Shown here piece after piece: positions 48,623 through 56,598 of a stretch of 64,000 bases of DNA. The DNA is from a virus. The notes under the pieces are model-generated. The model made no database searches and was not told where the DNA came from. It saw only the letters and a program-made list of their open reading frames with translations. Within the stretch, counting starts at the first letter, position 1. The number at the start of each line of letters is the position of its first letter. The DNA is taken from positions 1 to 64,000 of IMG/VR virus record IMGVR_UViG_3300020810_000992, one strand, 5' to 3'. Position numbers and translations under genes: made by a program.

Positions 48623-49208
48623 ATTCTTTCCTACGTTAATTGCAGAATTTGATCTTAGTAAAAAAGTAGATAATGATACTATCCTAAAGAAAATAGGAAT
48701 TAGTGGTCTACAGATGCATGGCATCTTAAATAAGGGATTGAGCAGTTACCTAGGTGGATATGATTGTTTGTTAACACGATTAGCAATGCACGATTTACGC
48801 AGTGCTATTCAAGAGTGTCTTAATGAGTATTGTAAAGAAGCAGGTCTAGAACAAAATAAAATTGTAAACAGTTGGTGTAATGTATTAAAAGAAGGCGGCA
48901 ATGTTAAACGACACAGACATGAAAAATCAGTACTAAGTGGTGCTTACTACCCAGTGAGCGATGCAGACGACTGCCCGTTGTTTATTGAAAATCCCAATAC
49001 TGTTTTTAAAATGACTGAAAGTAAAGTTAATGAAACAGAATACAATACAGAACGTGTAGGCTTTACTACTGAAGCAGGTAAACTAATTATTTGGCCAAGT
49101 TACTTGTATCATGAGACTCCTCGAAATGCAAGTGATGATCGATACACGATTAGTTTTAATACACTAGACTTGTCCTATATTAATTCTTTACATAAATTAG
49201 AAGATTAG
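48612..49208 (+). CDS. putative 2OG-Fe(II) oxygenase (TIGR02466-like)
   Basis: SWCN...HRH..SVLSGAYY...LIIWPSYLYH...RYTISFN. Confidence 0.82.
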   Translation: MFHKFFPTLIAEFDLSKKVDNDTILKKIGISGLQMHGILNKGLSSYLGGYDCLLTRLAMHDLRSAIQECLNEYCKEAGLEQNKIVNSWCNVLKEGGNVKRHRHEKSVLSGAYYPVSDADDCPLFIENPNTVFKMTESKVNETEYNTERVGFTTEAGKLIIWPSYLYHETPRNASDDRYTISFNTLDLSYINSLHKLED

Positions 49209-49255
49209 ATAAAAAAAGTCTTGACAATAGATATAGAAGGTGTTATATTAATAAT

Positions 49256-49708
49256 ATGAAAAATACATTAGCAATGGCATGTGTGGCACTAGCGATAGCA
49301 GGTCCTGCATATGCAAATAAAACTAGTTACGCAAACATTGAGGATCACTATAAAACAGTTATCCAACAGAGTCCGTATAAAGTAGAAGTATGCAGAGATG
49401 TGCAAGTACCTACAAAAGGTGCTAATACTTTTGACAAGGACTCAGCAATCATTGGCGGCATCATTGGCGGCATCATTGGTAATCAAGTTGGTAAAGGTAG
49501 TGGCAAGGAAGCCGCAACCGGCGTTGGTGCTCTAACAGGTGCTATTATTGGTGGTAACAAACAAGGACCTACAACTTATACAACACAACGTCAGTGCGAA
49601 ATTGAAACTCGTTACAAAGAAACACAGAAGGAAGTATACAGTCATAGCACAGTTACTTTCAGCGATGAGAATGGTCGTAGCTATACGCTCAGTTTTCAAA
49701 AGAAGTAA
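49256..49708 (+). CDS. glycine-zipper secreted protein (YcfJ-like)
   Basis: Signal peptide; IIGGIIGGIIGNQVGKGSGKEAATGVGALTGAIIG. Confidence 0.85.
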   Translation: MKNTLAMACVALAIAGPAYANKTSYANIEDHYKTVIQQSPYKVEVCRDVQVPTKGANTFDKDSAIIGGIIGGIIGNQVGKGSGKEAATGVGALTGAIIGGNKQGPTTYTTQRQCEIETRYKETQKEVYSHSTVTFSDENGRSYTLSFQKK

Positions 49709-49804
49709 TTGACATGCACTAAATAAAGTGCTAATATAATAACGTAAACTAAAAAGGAGAAGTGCTAATACGGTTGATATAACCGTAAAAGGATAAATAA
49801 ATGT

Positions 49805-50149
49805 ATGAAAACTACATTAAAAGGATCCTTAGGATTAGTACACATAATGACTGACTTAACTGAAAAAGGTTATGAAGTCTTTACTCCACTTAGTGAGCAT
49901 TCAACAGTTGATTTGATTGCTTACAAAGATTATAAGTGCGAACGCATTCAAGTTAAGTATAGAGAACCATATCGTAACAGAGTAGAGGTTCCTATGCACA
50001 CAGTACAAAATGGTAAGAAAGCGCCATATGATACTAAAGAAATTGACTTGTTTGCAGTTTATTGTCCAAGTTGGGGCATTAAATATGTTCCACCAAAAGA
50101 AGACGGTAAAGGCTACTTTCTAAAAGAAGCAGACTTTACTAACGAATAG
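49805..50149 (+). CDS. PD-(D/E)XK endonuclease (group I intron-associated type)
   Basis: KG..G...DL..KGYEVFTP...VDLI...RIQVK...Y...EIDLFAVY. Confidence 0.75.
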   Translation: MKTTLKGSLGLVHIMTDLTEKGYEVFTPLSEHSTVDLIAYKDYKCERIQVKYREPYRNRVEVPMHTVQNGKKAPYDTKEIDLFAVYCPSWGIKYVPPKEDGKGYFLKEADFTNE

Positions 50150-50238
50150 GAAGATTGGCCGAGTGGTTTAAGGCGGGGGATTACTAATCCCTTGTACGTG
50201 AGAGCGTACCGTGGGTTCGAATCCTACATCTTCCGCCA
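50149..50238 (+). tRNA. tRNA-Ser(ACT)
   Basis: Cloverleaf GGAAGAT/ATCTTCC, G73, encoded CCA, long variable arm, anticodon loop TT-ACT-AA (50183-50185). Confidence 0.9.
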
Positions 50239-50239
50239 A

Positions 50240-50313
50240 GCGGGTATTGTGTAATGGTAAGACCTCAGATTTCCAATCTGATGATAGGAGTTCGATTCTC
50301 CTTACCCGCTCCA
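50240..50313 (+). tRNA. tRNA-Gly(TCC)
   Basis: GCGGGTA/TACCCGC, U73, CCA, anticodon TCC 50272-50274. Confidence 0.92.
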
Positions 50314-50333
50314 ACAACAACTAAGGAGGACTT

Positions 50334-50528
50334 ATGTTCTTTGGAGTAGCTCTAATCATGGCTTTGTTCGTCCATGACAATAAAGAGTTTTTCGACACAG
50401 TCGAACAGAACAGAAAAGACGGAATGTCTTGGCATTATGTAGGCAAGCAGGAACCAGATAATAATCCTGCTATTACAGTCAAAGACTTTCAAAACAAAGA
50501 TGTAATTTTTTGGAAGATGGATAAGTAG
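50334..50528 (+). CDS. small hypothetical protein within the tRNA cluster
   Basis: RBS AAGGAGG; N-terminal TM. Confidence 0.75.
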   Translation: MFFGVALIMALFVHDNKEFFDTVEQNRKDGMSWHYVGKQEPDNNPAITVKDFQNKDVIFWKMDK

Positions 50529-50535
50529 AATGTTA

Positions 50536-50611
50536 GCCGGCGTGGCACAGTTGGTAGCGCAAGGGTTTTGTAAACCTTAGGTCGGGAGTTCGAGTCTCTC
50601 CGCCGGCACCA
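50536..50611 (+). tRNA. tRNA-Thr(TGT)
   Basis: GCCGGCG/CGCCGGC, CCA, anticodon TGT 50569-50571. Confidence 0.92.
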
Positions 50612-50631
50612 TTTAACTTATCCAAAATAGA

Positions 50632-50660
50632 TTGACAACGATAAATAAAGATAGTATAGT
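50632..50660 (+). promoter_or_regulatory. sigma70-type promoter for the leader-peptide/tRNA-Trp/tRNA-Cys unit
   Basis: TTGACA-N17-TATAGT, with ATAAATA in the spacer. Confidence 0.8.
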
Positions 50661-50692
50661 ATACACATACTAAAGAAACAAGGAATAGATAA

Positions 50693-50761
50693 GTGTTAAG
50701 AACATCACAACAGTCATCATTACAGTGCTGGTGCCCTTCAAAAGGAAGGGGTATGTCTTAA
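50693..50761 (+). CDS. attenuator leader peptide MLRTSQQSSLQCWCPSKGRGMS
   Basis: AAGGA 8 nt before GTG; TGC TGG TGC at 50726-50734; stop codon lies inside the antiterminator strand. Confidence 0.75.
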   Translation: MLRTSQQSSLQCWCPSKGRGMS

Positions 50762-50826
50762 CGCGACTTTGTAAAAAGTTTATTTTAGACAAGCCCCTAG
50801 CACTAATAATGTTAGGGGCTTTTTTT
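50734..50826 (+). promoter_or_regulatory. transcription attenuator (1:2 protector, 2:3 antiterminator, 3:4 terminator)
   Basis: CCCTTC/GAAGGG; AGGGGTATGTCT pairs with AGACAAGCCCCT; AGCCCCTAGCA/TGTTAGGGGCT followed by a T-run. Confidence 0.8.
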
Positions 50827-50836
50827 ATGAGTTTTT

Positions 50837-50920
50837 GTCGGGTCGGTACAGTTGGAGTGGTACACTGGTCTCCAAAACCAGGACGAGAGTCAGGGGGTTC
50901 GAATCCCTCACCCGATGCCA
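50837..50920 (+). tRNA. tRNA-Trp(CCA), atypical with an extra variable arm
   Basis: GTCGGGT/ACCCGAT, G73, CCA end, anticodon CCA 50872-50874, variable GAC-GAGA-GTC hairpin. Confidence 0.85.
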
Positions 50921-50925
50921 AATAT

Positions 50926-51000
50926 GTGAGCGTGGCGGAATGGTTACGTACCGGATTGCAAATCCGTGTAATGCAGGTTCGAGTCCTGTCGCTCACTCCA
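50926..51000 (+). tRNA. tRNA-Cys(GCA)
   Basis: GTGAGCG/CGCTCAC, U73, CCA, anticodon GCA. Confidence 0.92.
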
Positions 51001-51019
51001 ATTATAAAGGATAGGAATA

Positions 51020-51337
51020 TTGCAAAAACGAGGCGAATTTAATTTAACTGCAACACTGTACGACAAGCGAGGGCGTATTCTCGCTGTAGGCACAAACAGT
51101 TATTCAAAGAGTCATCCTTTGCAAGGTAAGTTTGCTGTTGAAGCAGGAAAGCCTGATGCAATATTCCTACATGCAGAAATTGATGCACTACGTAGATGTA
51201 AGGACTGGTCGTCGATTAGAAAGATTGTAATTGAGCGTTATGATATAAACGGTAATCCAAAACTTGCAAAACCATGTAAAGTGTGTCAACATGCAATTGA
51301 AAGCATAGGTATTCCAGAAATTGAATATACTGAGTAA
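51020..51337 (+). CDS. zinc-dependent nucleoside/tRNA deaminase-fold protein
   Basis: LHAEIDAL and KPCKVC (HxE...PCxxC); TTG start. Confidence 0.85.
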   Translation: MQKRGEFNLTATLYDKRGRILAVGTNSYSKSHPLQGKFAVEAGKPDAIFLHAEIDALRRCKDWSSIRKIVIERYDINGNPKLAKPCKVCQHAIESIGIPEIEYTE

Positions 51338-51411
51338 ATTCTAAATACAAATCAGGTTGACAATCTTAACTAATGGTGCTACACTATATAAAATAAACAA
51401 GTGAGGCAAAT

Positions 51412-52719
51412 ATGAGAACACAACCACAAGATATTATCGCAAAGCTAGAAGCTGATAACAGTAAGTTAGCTAAACAAGCAATCTTACAAGAAGCACTTGA
51501 CGAAGGTGTTCCAGAGTTTTTTGAAGGCATTAAACTAGCACTTGATCCACTTGTAACATTTGGTGTTAAGAAAGTTCCAGAGCGTACAGACGTACTTACA
51601 GGACAAGGATTGGATTGGAATTCATTCAAATATCTTGCTAATCAACTTATCAACCGTGAACTAACAGGACATGCGGCACGTGATGCTATTGAACTAGCAA
51701 TGAGCGTTGCAACTACAGAACAATGGAATGGATTTTATAGACGTATCTTAATCAAAGACCTACGTTGCGGTGTAAGTGAAAAGACTGTTAACAAAGTAGT
51801 GCCAGGTTGTGTTCCTGTGTTCACTTGTGCTCTTGCACACGACTCAGCTAACCATGAAAAGAAAATGGTTGGTAAGAAACAGATTGAAATCAAACTAGAC
51901 GGTGTTCGTGTACTAGCAGTATGTCGTGATGGCAAAGTAGAATTGTTTAGTCGTAACGGCAAACAGTTTCATAACTTCCCTCATATTATTGCAGAGATTG
52001 AAGAAGTATTAGCAACTAAGCCTGCACCATATGACTGTGTGCTAGACGGTGAAGTAATGAGTGCTAACTTTCAAGATCTAATGAAGCAGGTACATCGTAA
52101 AGATAATGTACAAAGTGAAGATGCTGTTCTACACTTGTTTGATTTTATTCCACTAGAAGATTTCCAAAAAGGTGTATGGAATAAGCCACAAACTTATCGT
52201 AGTAACTTAGTCAAGTATTGGGTACTAGAAAATGAAAGCGTTTTAAAGCACGTACAAGCGTTGGACTGGGAAGAGGTAGACCTTAGTACTCCCGAAGGTG
52301 AACAACGCTTTGTAGAGCTTAATAAAGCGGCTGTAGACGGTGGTTACGAAGGTGTAATGATCAAAGACGTTGATGCACCCTATGAGTGCAAGCGGACTCA
52401 TGCTTGGCTCAAAGCCAAACCATTTATTGAAGTAACACTTTCTGTTACAGACGTAGAAGAAGGAACAGGAAGAAATGAAGGACGACTTGGGGCTCTTGTA
52501 TGCGCTGGGCAGGATGACGGGAAAGATATTAGGGTTAATGTCGGCAGTGGCTTTACGGATGATAACAGATCCACTTTTTGGACTGATCGCGATGCTCTGC
52601 TTGGTCAGTTGGTGGAAGTTCGCGCTGACGCAGTAACTCAAAACCAAGACGGTACTTACAGTTTGCGTTTCCCACGCTTTAAAACATTTAGAGGTTTCGA
52701 GGTTGGAGAAAAAATTTAA
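51412..52719 (+). CDS. ATP-dependent DNA ligase
   Basis: EIKLDGVR (KxDG), VLDGE, GYEGVMIK, WLKAK, SLRFPRF. Confidence 0.95.
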   Translation: MRTQPQDIIAKLEADNSKLAKQAILQEALDEGVPEFFEGIKLALDPLVTFGVKKVPERTDVLTGQGLDWNSFKYLANQLINRELTGHAARDAIELAMSVATTEQWNGFYRRILIKDLRCGVSEKTVNKVVPGCVPVFTCALAHDSANHEKKMVGKKQIEIKLDGVRVLAVCRDGKVELFSRNGKQFHNFPHIIAEIEEVLATKPAPYDCVLDGEVMSANFQDLMKQVHRKDNVQSEDAVLHLFDFIPLEDFQKGVWNKPQTYRSNLVKYWVLENESVLKHVQALDWEEVDLSTPEGEQRFVELNKAAVDGGYEGVMIKDVDAPYECKRTHAWLKAKPFIEVTLSVTDVEEGTGRNEGRLGALVCAGQDDGKDIRVNVGSGFTDDNRSTFWTDRDALLGQLVEVRADAVTQNQDGTYSLRFPRFKTFRGFEVGEKI

Positions 52720-52720
52720 G

Positions 52721-53404
52721 ATGGAAATAGAATTTATTTGTGGCGACCAGCATGTTTTAAAATATTTTCCTATTCGACCAGCTAAAGAAGTATTGCCCGA
52801 ATGGTACAGTAAATTAAAAGCAAACGACCCTACTATTGCAAAATGTGTGCCTGTAAGAGATATGATTACATCAGGATACATTATTCCTAACGCTTACGAA
52901 CAGGCAGTAGGAGTAGAATTTGATGGTGAAGTTGATCAAGTAGGTAGAATTTATCCCGTAGAACGTATTGGCGAATTTTATACAGTACTAGATCATATGA
53001 CAGACCCAAACGCCGGACATACACATGATCAGTGTCCTGTTGATATAAAAGGTAAGAAAAAAGGTTATTTCAAAATTAATCTTCCTTGGCGTATTAAGAC
53101 TCCAAAAGGTTATAGTTGTTTGTTTGTACAACCGTTTTATCAATTTCAAGATGACATTACTGTTATGCCAGGTATAATTGATACAGACGAATTTGATTTA
53201 TCAATGATTAACTTTCCGTGTTATCTAAATGATGTAGAAGCATTTTTAAAACCTGGACGTCCATTAGTACAAGTTATTCCATTTAAAAGAGATAATTGGA
53301 CACATAGTTTAAAATTTGAAGAGCCTACTAAGTCTAGCAAAATGAATTTTTTCTTACATAATATGTACAAAAGAGCATTTCATAACAAAAAACGATTCGA
53401 ATAG
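52721..53404 (+). CDS. conserved-type hypothetical phage protein
   Basis: PEWY...TIAKC.P..D.ITSGY...PWRIKTPKGYS...PGIIDTD...G.PLVQVIPFKR. Confidence 0.75.
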   Translation: MEIEFICGDQHVLKYFPIRPAKEVLPEWYSKLKANDPTIAKCVPVRDMITSGYIIPNAYEQAVGVEFDGEVDQVGRIYPVERIGEFYTVLDHMTDPNAGHTHDQCPVDIKGKKKGYFKINLPWRIKTPKGYSCLFVQPFYQFQDDITVMPGIIDTDEFDLSMINFPCYLNDVEAFLKPGRPLVQVIPFKRDNWTHSLKFEEPTKSSKMNFFLHNMYKRAFHNKKRFE

Positions 53405-53472
53405 TCAAATTAGGTTGACTTTTTAATAAGTTACATATATAATAAAGCATTAACAGTTAGGAGACTTATGGC

Positions 53473-54780
53473 ATGGCTACTGCAAAATCAATTTTACAAA
53501 AACCCAAAAAGAAAGTTGTACGTGGAGCTCCACGTATTAGACGAGGGTCAAAAATTTCATCTCCTAGTTGGGAAGGTTGGGAAGAATGGACAGGCGAACA
53601 GATCCATCGCCATAGAGAATTTTGCCGTGCTTTTTATTATGAAAACTTTAAGCCTGTTGACTTATATCAAGCAATATTTAAGTGGATGGAAACCAGTGGC
53701 GACTACACTAAAGAGCAAGTTAAGCAAGCAAAGTCTGCTCCTAATTATGTACTAAGCGTTACAGCAGGTACTGTCGCACATACATTACTAGATGGTGCTC
53801 CTGACTACAACGAAAAGGAAAACGCATACTGGGAAAGCCTTCCTGGTACAATGGGCAGTAAAAAGCCTGTAAGCGAGTTTTTGAAAAAACGAATTGAAGA
53901 AGCGATTGAAGTAGGTTCAAAAGTTGTAGAAGTTAAGAAGGAAGAAGAAAAAGAAAAGTCCAATGTATATGTTCCTACTATCCAAGAACGTATTAGAGAA
54001 CAAGTTGGACTTCAGATGGAAGCAATCGACGAATGGCTAGATGGGTGGATACGAGACCCAAAGTCGTTTAATCCTAAGGGATTTGACTTTAAAACACATT
54101 TCCAAAAAATGGCTGTTACACAAGCACATGCTAGAAAAATTGCGGCATTTTTTGATGGAGAAATTGCTGAATATACAGAATTACTAAATCCGCCAACTAA
54201 AGCAAAAATTGCAAAGATGGACGAACATGCTCAAGATATGTTACAGCAACTTAAAGAAGGGTATTCACATTTATCTAAAGATGATGTTAAAAAGATTCTT
54301 GAAGCATTAGAAAATATCCAACAAGCATGTCAACTAGTAGTTGATACTAGCAAAGCAACTCGTAAGACTAGAACACGTAAGCCAAAGAGTGCTGATAAAC
54401 TAGTTGAAAAACTCAAGTATCTTAAGGTTGATAATAAGTTTAGTCTTGCAAGTGTTAATCCTGTAGACGTTGTAGGTGCAAGCGAGCTTTGGGTGTTTAA
54501 TGTTAAAACACGTAAACTAGGCAAGTATGTTGCACAGAATATAGACCCAACAGGTAGTCGTCGTGCAGGAAGTGGGCTTAGTGTAAAAGGTACTACGATT
54601 ATTGGGTTCAATGAAGAATTGAGTGTGCAGAAAACGCTACGTAAGCCTGAAGAAAAAATTAAAGAATTTAAAGGTGCAGGAAAAGTTAAGTTACGTACAT
54701 TTTTAGAGGACATTAACGCTGTAGATATCAAACTCAACGGACGAATTAATACTGATACTATACTTCTCAAGGTAAGTTGA
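53473..54780 (+). CDS. conserved-type hypothetical phage protein
   Basis: 435 aa; own sigma70 promoter and RBS; C-terminal KTLRKPE...NGRINTDTILL. Confidence 0.85.
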   Translation: MATAKSILQKPKKKVVRGAPRIRRGSKISSPSWEGWEEWTGEQIHRHREFCRAFYYENFKPVDLYQAIFKWMETSGDYTKEQVKQAKSAPNYVLSVTAGTVAHTLLDGAPDYNEKENAYWESLPGTMGSKKPVSEFLKKRIEEAIEVGSKVVEVKKEEEKEKSNVYVPTIQERIREQVGLQMEAIDEWLDGWIRDPKSFNPKGFDFKTHFQKMAVTQAHARKIAAFFDGEIAEYTELLNPPTKAKIAKMDEHAQDMLQQLKEGYSHLSKDDVKKILEALENIQQACQLVVDTSKATRKTRTRKPKSADKLVEKLKYLKVDNKFSLASVNPVDVVGASELWVFNVKTRKLGKYVAQNIDPTGSRRAGSGLSVKGTTIIGFNEELSVQKTLRKPEEKIKEFKGAGKVKLRTFLEDINAVDIKLNGRINTDTILLKVS

Positions 54781-54791
54781 TAAATACTTAC

Positions 54792-55859
54792 ATGAACCAG
54801 TTAGACAACATCAGAGAAGGTCTCGCACATCTTGGGTCAGCGATCGAGACTATTGCAAACACATCGGCCCCTGAAACTCCGCCTGCAACTGTAAACAGTA
54901 TTAGCGGAAATGCAATTCATGGCGGTAAGATTACTCTGCTACGTAGTACTGGTATTAAAGACCTTGCTTCAAGAACATCATTACTAGTTGAAGACGATCA
55001 AATTACTGTAGGTACTGCCGACATTGATGAAATTGTAGGAGACCTTAATATTGAAGGCTCGTTGACAGTAGGCAGTGAACTTACTGTAAAAAAACTTTGT
55101 GTTGATGAACTTATTTCAACAGAGAAACGCACAACATCAATGGACTTTCAACCACAAAACGGATCATTAGATATGGTCGGAATTCAGTGGAGGAAAGACG
55201 GAGAAAGTACAAAACAGATTGTTTGGAAAGGTAACGGATTCTATGTTAGTAACGATATTGATTTGCATAGAAAAGCTAAAATCCTAATTGACGATATTCC
55301 TGTACTAAGTGCAGACTCATTAGGTGTTACTATACAAAAAAGTAGTTTAACAGAAGTAGGCACATTAAGCAATTTACGTACAGAAGGCGATGTAAACATC
55401 GACAACTTTGTACTCTATGATAGCGGAATGATGCGCTTTTCAATCGGGTGCGAAGCACCTAATGGACAACTAAGTGTAGCAAGCAATGAAGCAGAGTTTG
55501 TTGTTGATCCTGAGTTTGATCATGTAAGAGTAGGAACTTATACTACAAGCAAACTAAGTATTATTACAGATAATCAAGACCGTATTATCATTGGACAAAA
55601 CGGTGGTATCGAATTAAAAGGAACTGTAGGTATTAATGTACAGTATCCCGGAACTGATGTTGATTTACAAGTTAATGGTCCTGTAAGAATTCAAGATAAA
55701 AAAATTGGTGTTGCTTCTGAAATTCCTACAACAGGAAACTTCAATAAAGGTGATTTATTATATAACACCAATCCTCAAGCTGGCGGCTGGGTTGGATGGA
55801 TTTGTATTGAGGGTGGCACACCCGGAAGCTGGAAAGCATTTGGAGCGATACAAGAATGA
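54792..55859 (+). CDS. tail fibre/virion structural-type protein
   Basis: Beta-rich repeats; C-terminal PTTG...GD..YN..P.AGGWVGWIC...G.PG.W..FG.I. Confidence 0.65.
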   Translation: MNQLDNIREGLAHLGSAIETIANTSAPETPPATVNSISGNAIHGGKITLLRSTGIKDLASRTSLLVEDDQITVGTADIDEIVGDLNIEGSLTVGSELTVKKLCVDELISTEKRTTSMDFQPQNGSLDMVGIQWRKDGESTKQIVWKGNGFYVSNDIDLHRKAKILIDDIPVLSADSLGVTIQKSSLTEVGTLSNLRTEGDVNIDNFVLYDSGMMRFSIGCEAPNGQLSVASNEAEFVVDPEFDHVRVGTYTTSKLSIITDNQDRIIIGQNGGIELKGTVGINVQYPGTDVDLQVNGPVRIQDKKIGVASEIPTTGNFNKGDLLYNTNPQAGGWVGWICIEGGTPGSWKAFGAIQE

Positions 55860-56263
55860 AACTAGTACACGATATAAATGCACAAGCAGTAGGTTCTATT
55901 AAAAATGGATTAAATGCATTAAGCAATGCTCTATTAGAAATTAATTCAATTGTAGGTGATTCTACATCACGTATATATGTTGACAACGGTGTGCTACGTA
56001 TTAACGGTATAGCTACACATTCGGAAAAATTAGGTATAGGTGTTAGCAAGGTATCTGATGGAGTATGCCTTGAAACATCTGGTGCTGTTAAATTTCAAGG
56101 AAAGAAATTTGAAGTAGGTAACAGTATTCCTACACACGGAATTTATAATACAGGAGACATTGTATGGCACGATACTCCTAAACCAAATGGTAATGTAGGA
56201 TGGATATGTGTACAAACAGGAGCTCCAGGCCAATGGCAACCATTTGGTAACATTGGAGCCTAG
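55856..56263 (+). CDS. paralog sharing the same C-terminal domain
   Basis: PTHG.YNTGDIVW...P...VGWICVQTGAPGQWQPFGNI. Confidence 0.7.
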   Translation: MKLVHDINAQAVGSIKNGLNALSNALLEINSIVGDSTSRIYVDNGVLRINGIATHSEKLGIGVSKVSDGVCLETSGAVKFQGKKFEVGNSIPTHGIYNTGDIVWHDTPKPNGNVGWICVQTGAPGQWQPFGNIGA

Positions 56264-56265
56264 TA

Positions 56266-56598
56266 TTGTTTAAACATTTTAAAAGGCTTTCCTCATTTTG
56301 GATATGGGTTGGAAGAATTGCGCCAATGGCAATGTTAACAGCTATAGGCATAAGTTATGCATTTGACCTTATTACTCTAATAGATCACTTATTGTTTGCA
56401 ACGTTAATTGTTTTTGCAATATTTGCATTTGCATGGTGGTGGTGGACTATGGATACTGTTAAAGCACTTTTTACAATGTTTAGTACTGCAACAGAAAGAT
56501 TTAATGAAGTAATGACAGAGCTTAAAAGTTTAAAGTTGGATGTTAAAGATGCTAATAATAGGCAACGGAACAAGTCGACAGACAGTAAATCTAAATAA
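56266..56598 (+). CDS. membrane protein (possible holin)
   Basis: Two TMs, WWWW, charged C-terminus; TTG start with GGAG. Confidence 0.65.
   Translation: MFKHFKRLSSFWIWVGRIAPMAMLTAIGISYAFDLITLIDHLLFATLIVFAIFAFAWWWWTMDTVKALFTMFSTATERFNEVMTELKSLKLDVKDANNRQRNKSTDSKSK

Noticed and set aside
49449-49480. Tandem repeat (ATCATTGGCGGC)n
   Set aside because: Simply encodes the IIGG glycine zipper; not a CRISPR or regulatory repeat
49755-49788. AGGAG-GTG mini-ORF and TACGGTT/AACCGTA hairpin before the endonuclease as a second attenuator
   Set aside because: SD-to-start spacing is only 2 nt, there are no Ser/Gly control codons and no U-tract terminator
50670-51042. ORF-track entries 50725..51042 (+) and 50670..50996 (-)
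   Set aside because: They run across the attenuator terminator and two tRNA genes; spurious frames
52243-52881. 212-aa minus-strand ORF and similar antisense ORFs (e.g. 24922..25449, 54330..54770)
   Set aside because: Shadows of well-supported plus-strand genes, without RBS or motifs
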